From Octopus sinensis (taxonomy: Eukaryota), in the NCBI RefSeq assembly GCF_006345805.1, contig NC_043006.1:50406001-50470000 (forward strand): DNA of 64,000 nucleotides, given 5' to 3'. Shown here piece by piece: positions 54,421 to 64,000 of the stretch; the stretch's first letter is position 1, and the number at the start of each line of letters is the position of its first letter. The notes below the pieces were generated by a model. The model searched no databases and had not been told where the DNA came from. It saw nothing but the letters and a program-made list of their open reading frames with translations. The position numbers were made by a program, and so were the translations under genes.

Positions 54421-55249
54421 AATATTACTCATTCGATAAATAAATCAGTATAAACATATATTCTGTCTCTCTCTTTCTCTGTCTATCTCTATCTTTCTAC
54501 CCACCAAATAACGCCTTTCTCTCTAAAACATATAAGCAATGAAATTTATTTAATAAGCTATAATTGATAGTAAAAACAGTGTAAAGTATAATTAAGGCCG
54601 GGATGCTTTTATTCCTAAGACTGTTTGAAGCGGGCTAAACAGCAGCAGCAACAGAATTTAGACCTGGAGATCTCTATTTCCAGCGACTTCGAGGTCCAAT
54701 CCTAGTGGTGTCGGGGGTCAACTACAACAAGACGACCAAAGTTTTTTTTTCCTAGCTCTGGGGTCTCTCGCACCTAAGCCCTAGACCATCACCTAATCAC
54801 CCTTACACGTCTTGTTGCTTAACAACAACAACAGCAGCACCAACAAGAATAACAAATTCACATGCACAAACGTGCACGCATACTTAAAATGTGGAAAATA
54901 TGCACGTATAGACGAAGGTGTGATTGTTTTCAAACCACATGGTTCCGGGTTCAGTCCCACTGCGTGGCACCTTGGGCAAGTGTCTTCTGCTATAGCCTCG
55001 GACCAGCCACAGTCTTGTGAGTGGATTTGGTAAATAGAAATTGGAAGACGTATGTCATGTATGTGCGTGTGTGTGCGCGCGAGTGTGTGTGTTTGCGTAT
55101 GTGTGTGTATCTTTGTCCTTCACCACCACGTGACAATCGGTGTTGGTGTGCTTACGTCCCCCTGAATTTGAGGCTCAGCAAAAGGACACTGATAACGTAA
55201 GTATCTGGCTCAACAAAAAAGTAAGTACTATGGTCGAGTTGGTTCAGTT

Positions 55250-55726
55250 TTTAAGAGATGAGGAATTATGTACATTATTTACATTATTTACATTTGACGG
55301 ATATTTGTCCTTATCTTGTTTGTTGTAAACACAACGTTTCGGCTGATATACTTGCCTGCCAGCCACCATCAGGTGTCTTGGGGAAATTTCGAACATGGGT
55401 TCTCATACCTAAGGTATTTTTCAATGTTGTTGTTATTATTTTTATTATTCAGGACACTGCCTGGAATCGAACTCGGAATCTTGGTATTAAGAGCATATGG
55501 CGTAGTGGTTAAGAACGCGGGCTACTAATCCCAAGATTCCGAGTTCGATTCCAGGCAGTGACCTGAATAATAATAATAATAATGAGAATAATAATAATAA
55601 TAATAATAACATCGAAAAATACCTTAGGAATGAAGGCTAGAGGGTATATCAGCCGAAACGTTGCGCTAACAACAAACAATATGAGGACAAATATCCGTCA
55701 AATGTAAATAATGTAAATAATGTACG
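55250..55726. mobile_element. Head-to-head pair of family C tRNA-hammerhead SINEs, inside a SINE S1 (~54930-55790)
   Basis: Minus copy 55250-55485 is truncated in the head; plus copy 55492-55726 has a complete head but has lost the hammerhead core. Confidence 0.82.
55328..55377 (-). ncRNA. Family C hammerhead, core mutated (CTGATGG)
   Basis: GACAC-CTGATGG-T-GGCTG..CAGCC-GAAA-CGT-T-GTGTT. Confidence 0.65.
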
Positions 55727-55993
55727 GTTGAGTCATTCGACTAAAATCTGCATGGCTGCAGTCTAATGACTGAAATAATTAAAAGATAAAAGATATACAA
55801 CACATGATGCGTGCAACAGCTTCCGTGCAATCGTGTAACTCTTTTATTAATTAGTAACTAAAGCTCTTTCACATCACACCTTGACATCATGATTAAATGT
55901 CTTTCGCCATAGCCTCGTGTTAACTGATATCTTGTGAGTATATCTTTAAGTGTACCTAATTTGATACCTTATTATTATTATCATTATTATTAT

Positions 55994-56527
55994 TGAGTGA
56001 AAGAGAAGTGCATGCCATCAAAGTGATACTGTGATACAATAATACAAAGCCCTATATACCCATCATGACTACCCGTCTGATAAGGGTACACCAGGCATAT
56101 GCATCATAATTATATGTGCGCGATATGGTGATATGATATCAAGGTAAATCACGCAGGACTTTGTAGGTGGGGCCCAATTAGAATTTTCTTCAAATTGAGG
56201 AGCCCATACCGCTCAAAAGAATCCCTGAATAAAGATTGTTTGAGGATGATGAACGAAACACCCATGTTTCCAGGGGTAAATTATTCAAGAGCCAAAGAAT
56301 TCCTCTCATCACATGGCTATGATATACTGTCAACCACAAACATATCGTCAGCCACTAACAGACATGCTCATCTGGTTAAAATCACGCAGCTGACCACCAG
56401 ATCTGTGTTATTGAGCTGAATATTTGGTATAGCTTATCTTTTACACCAAAACAAACAATGTTCTTGATAACACTTCCAATCAGTTAAGATCAGAAGCCAT
56501 GAGAGCCAATGCCCGGTACTGCATCAG
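55994..56527 (-). mobile_element. Second copy of the (TAA)n-embedded non-coding element
   Basis: Reverse-complement homology to 19401-20026; flanked by (TTA)n. Confidence 0.82.
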
Positions 56528-56583
56528 AATATTTATTATTATTATCATAATCATCATCATCATTAATATTATTATTATTATTA

Positions 56584-59500
56584 CTTTTTTTTTTCTTCTT
56601 TCAAATTTTCTTCCATTTCTTGCCGAGTGTCTTCCCGACTCCTAGGGCAAAGAAATTCATAGTGTATATTGGTAGGCCATTAAACCAAACTCAGTAGTTC
56701 GTTCATTTTTTTTTTTTTTTTTTTTTAAAGTTAAATTAAAATACATGAGCAGCAACAGTTCTCACATCGACAATGCTCTTCTCAATACGTGTGATGTACC
56801 AGTTAAGACAATCTTTTGCACTTCTTGTAGGGATGGTAAGCCAGGGATCATTCTCATATAATTTTCGGTTCCCTTCTTGATCATTCCTAGTGCTCCTACG
56901 ATCACTGGTATTGTAACCGCCTTGAGATGCCACATTTTCTCAATTTCAATGAGTAGGTCTTTATATTTTCTGAGCTTGTCAAACTCTTTCGCTGAGATAT
57001 TATGATCACAGGGGATGCTCATGTCGATCAATAAGCAAACTTTATTGTTTTGGTCTTTCACAACAATATCTGGTTTATTGGCCTTGATGGTTCGATCTGT
57101 ATGTACTGGAAAGTCCCACAGAATGGTTACATTTTCTCCTTCAGTTACAGCCTCAGGGTGGTGATTATACCACTTGTCGGCAGTTTTGATATTGTAATGC
57201 CGACTTATTAGCCAGTGGAGATATTGGCCAACTCTGTCATGTCTTAATTTATACTCCACTGGTGCTAAGACTTTACATCCAGAGATTAGGTGGTCCACTG
57301 TTTCAATCATGTCGTTACAGAATCGGCATTTTGGGTCTGCTCCATTTTTCATCACATTGGCCTGGTAGTTCCGGGTTAATAAGCTTTGGTCTTGAGCAGC
57401 CAGGATGAAACCTTCGCTCTTTGCTTTTAGCCCTGAGCTCCGCAGCCACTGATGGGTTTGCTTCTGGTCAACATCAGCTTGTTTGCTGCGGGTCACATAT
57501 TTGCCGTGCAGAGGTTTCTCCTCCCACCTATCAGCCAATTGCTCGTGCGCTTTTTTCATTGCCATCATTTTCACCTTCTTTGCAACAATAGTTGCCGTAC
57601 TTCCCTCGGGTTGTTCAGTTTGGGTATCCTGTACGAGATCAATAGCAAATTTTTTGCTTTCCTTGATGATAGAATGAAGCTTCTTTCGTCTCTCGTGATT
57701 TTCCACGAGCTTTAGCATCCAGTCATTCGATATTTCGAGATATTTGGCCAGTCCAATTGTGGTTGTTTTGTAAGCTAGTTCAAATTGGATCAGGCCTCGA
57801 CCTCCTTGGGCTCTGGGAAGGTAAAGGCGATCTACGTCTGCCTTTGGGTGGTGCATCCTATTACAACTCAGCAGCTTGCGTATTTTTCTATCTATATTCT
57901 TTACTTCACTCATATTCCAGTTCAACACATTGTAGCTATAAGTAACAACTGGAACTGCTAAGGAATTTATAGCTAACACCTTGTTACGTGCATTTAATTC
58001 AGATTTCAGGACTGCACGAACTCTCCTATAACATTCCTTCCTGATTTTCTCTTTCATGCTTGCATGCTGAATACCAGAGCCTTCATTTATCCCTAAATAT
58101 TTGTATGTTTGTTCTTGCTCAAGCTCTCTTATGACTGTGTCAACATCTAACACGACTGAATTTGTGGTCTTCATTTCCCTTTCTGAAAAGTGGCCTTGGC
58201 ACACTTCTCAAGTCCAAACTCCATCCCGATGTCATCGCTGAATGCTTTCACGGTGCGCAATAGGCCTTCAATTTCATTATTGTCTTTACCATAAAGTTTT
58301 AAGTCATCCATATAAAATAGATGGCTTATTTTTTTATTGGCAATTTTATACCCATACCCTGTTCTGTTTAATTCACTTGTAAGGGGTATTAGGGCTATGC
58401 AGAATATTAAAGGTGAAAGTGAGTCACCTTGAAAAATTCCACAGTTGATGTTTATATTTTCTGAGGCAAGTACTCCATTAGAGTGGTATAATTGGAGATT
58501 CGTATTCCACAACGACATATTGTGCTTCAGGAAGTTTGAAATCACAGGGGAAATTTTGAAGATGTCCAGCGATCTCAAGATCCATGAATGCGGTATACTG
58601 TCGAAGGCCTTTTTATAGTCAATCCATGCGGTGCTGAGATTTCTGCGCTTGTTGTGACAGTTCTCAAGGATCATACGATTGATTAGCAGTTGATCTTTGC
58701 ATCCGTAAGAGCCTCGGCGGCACCCTTTTTGTTCAATGGGGAAAATATCGTTCTTCTCCATGAATGCATATGTTTTCTCCGCTAGGATAGATGTTAGGAT
58801 TTTATACGTGGTGGATAGACAGGTTATAGGCCGATAGTTTTTTGGAAGGTTGGTTTCGTTATTCTTTGGGAGTAGGTAAGTAATGCCACTTGCTAACCAT
58901 TCAGGTGTTTTCTTTGGGTCTCTCATAATTCCATTGAGCAGCTGAACTAGCTTACCGTGTGCGCACGGGAGCGATGCGAGCCAGAAATTCGGCACCCTAT
59001 CTTTACCGGGGGATTTCCAATTATGGGCCTTCGTGAGTGCCTTTCTTAGGTCTGCTATTGTGATGTCTTCCCATGCTTGTTGTAAATTTTGGTAGGATCC
59101 TTCAGTTTGTATAATCCAGTCTGCATTTATGTTGTACGTCTTCTTGTCACTCCAAATCCTTTTCCAAAAGTTTTGAACTTCTTCCATGGGAGGGGGGTCT
59201 TTAACGGTTACTTTCTCCTTCCCTATTTCTCTGTAGAATTTTTTGGCATTGGATGTGAACAGCTTATTTTGCTTGTAAAACTTGTTTCTCTTCTCAAATC
59301 TTCGTATTCTTTGGGCTTTTGCTTGGACTTTTTGTTTCAGCGTTTCTTTTATTGATATCAGTTCTTCTGTTGGTGAGGATCCAAATTTTCTCTTCATCTT
59401 TCTTCCTGTTCTGGATCTTACATCATTTCCACATATTAGTTCATTTAATATTGATATTTCCCCTCTCATAAATTCAATCTCTTTTTCAATTTTACTTTTC

Positions 59501-60445
59501 CAGGTTTGATTTCTTCCCAGGTTTTGTTTTCTTTGTTTTTTCGGGGGCATACAGCTGGTTTCAATTGCCCTAGCAGAAGCGTAAATAATTTCATTTAACT
59601 CAGTAAAATCAGGTTTTAATTCTCGTATTATTTCATTTGTTACATAGTTGCCAATTTGGATTTGTTTTTTATTTTGGTTTGTATTTGAGAGTTTATGAAG
59701 CGGTTCTCTATCATTCATACTTGTATGTCTTACAACTTCAAGCGTATTCAGGATTTTCTGCCTCATTTCTGCCATAGACTCTCTGTGTTCTTCAGCAAAT
59801 GCGAGATCTTCAGTTACTGTTGTTTTTTCGTTTTCCTGGCTATCTTTAACTGGTACAATAGAATTTCTTGTATCTTCAGGCCTTTGCGTACTTTGGTCAG
59901 ATGGCAGTCTTTCAATTAAGCCTCGTGGCGGGCTATACTGTTCATCTGATTCTTCATTTCCTTTGTGTCTTATATTTATGTCATTTTCCGTTGCGTGCTT
60001 GATCGCGCTTATTTCACTGTCTGTGAGTCTGTTATTTCTAAAGATATCCCTCCTCACATTTGCTAATTTGTTCTCGTCCAAATAGGGCCTACTGTCTTGA
60101 TTCCGCGTTCTCCATATACTGTAAGAGTTTGCGGTTTGTCTCTCTTGAGATGGCCTACCTAAGGCATAGTAATAAGCGTATATTACTTCTTTATACTCTT
60201 CTCGGGTCCATTTGTTCCGCTTACATTTTTCTTTCTGTGGTGGTTGTGGTGGTGAACTTGGAGGGCTCGAGTTGGGGGATTTCCCGTTCAAGTGACCATC
60301 CATGTCCGTATTCGGAGAAGAGTTTGTGCCAGTTGATGACTTTTCGATCCCAGGCTGGCTCTTCCCTGGGGGACGCGCTTCCAGATTAACCATAGGACAA
60401 GCGATTTGGTATACTGATTTAGTTTTCCTTTTAGTTTCCTTTTAG

Positions 60446-60447
<2 letters not shown>
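56584..60447 (-). mobile_element. Near-intact, apparently full-length R4/Dong non-LTR retrotransposon in (TAA)n
   Basis: Long RT-RLE coding region with short UTRs; (TTA)n at both ends. Confidence 0.95.
56762..60393 (-). CDS. Dong ORF (RT + CCHC knuckle + restriction-like endonuclease), ~1210 aa with one frameshift at ~58175
   Basis: The 740 aa and 480 aa ORFs join if one A is added (GGG AAA ATG); motifs WIDYKKAFDS, GIFQGDSLSP, YMDDLK, CRFC..H..SGC, RHD, KPDIV, LIDMSIP, K..KY. Confidence 0.9.
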
Positions 60448-60510
<63 letters not shown>

Positions 60511-60511
<1 letters not shown>

Positions 60512-61600
60512 TCTCTTTATCACAGGTTTTGTTGGGACTCCTGGAGTCTTACATGCGTAGCAGGCTTGCTACCTGCAGTCTACAGTACCATGCTATCCAT
60601 TTTTTTTCAGCTATCTAATACTTTCCTGATTACTCTGGTCGTTCCAAGGAAGCAAAACGTCTGTAACAGTTGTACTGAACACTCTATTCTAATTTTCTTT
60701 ATATTCCCCTTGATGCCTTATGATACCGTTCCCAAGGACGCAAGAATAACTGGAACTATCGTCACCTTCTTCATTTTCCATAGCCGGCTATTTCGTACTT
60801 AAGTGGGTTGTATTTATCTATCTTTTCGTGTTTCTTCTTGACTATTCGTGGGTCAAAGGGGCATGCAACATCAACTATATAGCATATGTGGTACATCTTG
60901 TCGATCACCACGAAACCCGATTTGTTATACTCTAGCATCTGATCTGTTTGCATTGGGAAATCCTAGAGGATTTTGTTAGTCTCCGACTCCGCCACTCTCT
61001 GCGATTTGTGCCCATACCACGTCTTGCTTCTCTCTCGCTCCCACTTTTCGCACAGTTTTCAATGTAACACTTTCGCTACCTGATCGTGTCGCCACAACTT
61101 GTAGTGGTTTGGGGCAAGTCTAGAACATTCGTTCGTGATATGGGTAATGATTTCATCCACACTATTGCAGACGCGGCACAGCGGAGTCATTTGCTCATTC
61201 CTAAGGTTGACCCTCTAGTTTGTAGCCAAAGCTTGGTCTTGTGCTGCCAGTATAGGGCTCTCGGTCTCTTTTTTAGTGTTCTTTTTATCAGTCAATCTCG
61301 CCTATTTTTTCCAGCAACTTCTATTGTGGCAGCATGGAATTGATTGTGTAGTTCCTTCCTGCGTAATTCTTTACAGTTCACCGGCCAACGCCCCTAACAT
61401 TAGTTTCCACATTAGTGGAAAGAACGTTATCAGTCTAAAGTTGGATGAACAATTTCCCTTTTCAGGATCCTTGTCACACAAGAATATCTTTCCCCTTTGT
61501 CATCCAGCTGGGCACTGCGCCTTTCTGCAAGCGCTCATCTAGCTGCTGCGCTATCCTTTCATAGAGCCCTCTCAGCTTCTTCATCCAATAACCTTGGAGC
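60511..61600 (-). mobile_element. Decayed R4/Dong C-terminal fragment
   Basis: AAQDQAL, CRVC, RHD, YIVDVACPFD, KIDKY. Confidence 0.8.
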
Positions 61601-61614
61601 CCACCATATCGTAG

Positions 61615-61677
61615 TTTTAAAAAATCTATACACATCTCAAAGTTTTAATACACATATAGACAATTTCATAGTTTAGC

Positions 61678-61747
<70 letters not shown>

Positions 61748-62029
61748 TAGTTTTATTTTTATAGCGTGCTTTCACTTCACTACCGAGCGCAGCTCTGTGT
61801 GCCTTGGGTATGTGCTGTGATTTGCTGTGATGCTCTGATGGTTATTGTATGGAAAGTTTTCTGCGTAGGACGTGTGCAGTACGCAGAACACTTTCTATAC
61901 AATAACCATCAGAGCATCACAGCAAATCACAGCACATACCCAAGGCACACAGAGCTACGCTCGGTAGTGAAGTAAAAGAACGCTATAAAAATAAAACTAC
62001 TGAATAATAATAATAATAATAATAATAAT

Positions 62030-62069
<40 letters not shown>

Positions 62070-62138
62070 GTAATAGCTAAACTATGAACTTGTCTATATG
62101 TGTGCTAAAACTTTGAGATATGTATAGATTTTTTAAAA
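61615..62138. repeat. ~525 bp fold-back palindrome containing a Dong 3' end, (TAA)n and flank (loop 61868-61879)
   Basis: Arms are reverse complementary with scattered substitutions. Confidence 0.9.
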
Positions 62139-62404
62139 TCTATTATTATTATTACTATTGAACTTTTGATAGTTTCAGGCAGATTTCTATTGCACCACTT
62201 GCTACATGTCTGGGGTGTGTGCAGCATTGGGTGTTCGTTTTTGTTGCTAGAGGAGTGCAAACTCTTTCCAGTTTGTATTGAATCAGTTCGTTTCGTGATA
62301 GGTTTTGGTTACAGACTTTTGCAGTATTAAAGTTTCTATTGCGTGTAAAGCGAGTTGCATTCTTCTGTTAGGTATCCGGCCTGTAGCAGACATGTGGTGG
62401 TGGT

Positions 62405-62590
62405 TATCTTTTATTCTTTACCTGTTACTTATTTCATTCTTCAGTCTGTGGCCGGGCTGGGTCACCGTCTTGAAGAATTATTAGTCGAATGAATCTATCT
62501 TTTTTGCTGAAGCGCTAAGTAAGTGAAATGTAAACACGCCAACACCAGTTTTTAAGCGGCTGTGAGGGACAAACACAGAAACAAATACAC
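62405..62590 (-). mobile_element. SINE S1 3' part; matching head at ~63350-63518
   Basis: Reverse complement of S1 tail and body. Confidence 0.7.
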
Positions 62591-62675
62591 ACACACATAT
62601 CTGCCTGTATCTGTCTCTCTCTCCATTTATATATATACATACATACATACATATATATATACATATATATATATG

Positions 62676-62722
<47 letters not shown>

Positions 62723-63112
62723 GTATATATATATGTATATATATTATTTTACTTTATTTACATGATATATATTATATATTTTTTTATATGCCCCTATATG
62801 TATATATATATATATATATTATATATTTTTATATACCTATAATTTTATATACCTATATATTCTTTATATATTACTTATATTATATTTTACTTTCTACGTC
62901 TTTTTATAAATGTATTTTCTCTGAATCGCTAAAATATTAAATGTAAATTTTTAATGATAAGAATTTTTCTCGCACTTTATTATTATTATTATGTGCTATA
63001 CAGATGAATTTTGTTCCATCTTGCGGGTTCTATGTTTATTCTATAATTAAATGTTCGAATTATGAAATGATATGCGGATGACCTTGCATTTGTTTGTTCA
63101 ATGATTTTAGTT

Positions 63113-63156
<44 letters not shown>

Positions 63157-63219
63157 TTTATTTAAAGCAGCAGAAAATTCAACAAAATCTGTTACTCTGA
63201 GTTTCACGTTTTGCTAGAA

Positions 63220-63257
63220 CTGTCCGACGAACGGGAACGTGAAACTCAGAGTAACAG
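63220..63257 (+). ncRNA. 38 nt minimal hammerhead ribozyme (U4C core, family I) within a short inverted repeat (63187-63259)
   Basis: CTGT-CCGACGA-ACGggaaCGT-GAAA-CTC-A-GAG-TA-ACAG. Confidence 0.82.
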
Positions 63258-63699
63258 ATATATTTATAATAAGAGTAGATCGTATACGAGTGGGTATATA
63301 TTTGTAAAAAAGAAGTTTGAAAACGCCACTATATATATATATATATATATACGACGAGCTTCTTCCAGTTTTAATTTACCAAATCCTCTCGCAATCCTTT
63401 GGTCGGCCCAAGGCTATAGTAAGAATCACTCGTCCAAGGTGCCACGCAGTGGTACTGTATCCGGAACTATGTGGTAAGGAAGCGTGCTTCTTACTACACA
63501 GCCACGTTTGCGCTTATATACAAAAATTGATGCACAACGATAATCGACTCTCAAATTGTTTTGGATACTAATCAATTTGACCAATCACACATCAGTTTAC
63601 TGCATGGAGTCTGTCTTGAGATTGTGGATTCTGGAGTGTTTTGCTTAGATTGCATTTCTGGATTGAAAGTTTCCTGTGTAGAATGTAGGCTGTTCCTAG

Positions 63700-64000
63700 C
63701 AGGGCTATTTTTCGGACAGTGTGTAGGGCCGAGGGTCAAGGTATAGTTTCTACGTTTTTGTTCATATATTTGTTTTTATCATACCCAGTCCTTTAATTAT
63801 TACTGGTAGTATTTTTACCTTCATGTCCCACATCTTGAATTCTTCAATTTCGAGGTCGTTGTGATTTGACAATTTCTCCACTTCTTTTGGGGTAATATCT
63901 TGGTCAGAAACGACTTTAATGTCTATCAGTAAGCCGGTGGTTCTTTTTTGTCCAATCCTTGATTATTATGTCTGGGGATTAGCTTTTATTTCTTGGTCAG
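63700..64000 (-). mobile_element. Decayed R4/Dong RLE fragment, truncated by the window end
   Basis: DQEIKAN-PDIIIKD..LLIDIKV..KEVEKLSNHNDLEIE. Confidence 0.75.

Overview
AT-rich, microsatellite-laden animal genomic DNA, most likely a cephalopod such as Octopus (inferred from the repeat landscape). I found no convincing host protein-coding gene; most ORFs in the track are microsatellite read-throughs. The window is mostly transposable elements: a frameshifted, near full-length CR1-type LINE (7.3-11.0 kb), several R4/Dong-type RLE retrotransposons in (TAA)n tracts (one intact except for a single frameshift, 56.6-60.4 kb), RTE, Penelope GIY-YIG, Helitron, Tc1/mariner and hAT remnants, and at least three tRNA-derived SINE families. 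The main hidden signal is about 12 type I minimal hammerhead ribozyme motifs from about 9 distinct non-coding families. Most have a palindromic or near-palindromic stem III (dimer type). They sit in short non-autonomous elements arranged as inverted or partial tandem repeats, usually next to (TA)n. Their core variants include a G3:C8 swap, U4C, a mismatched 10.1-11.1 pair and an extra base after A9. One family fuses a tRNA-derived Pol III head to a hammerhead. All ribozymes were folded by eye and activity is untested; element boundaries are approximate.
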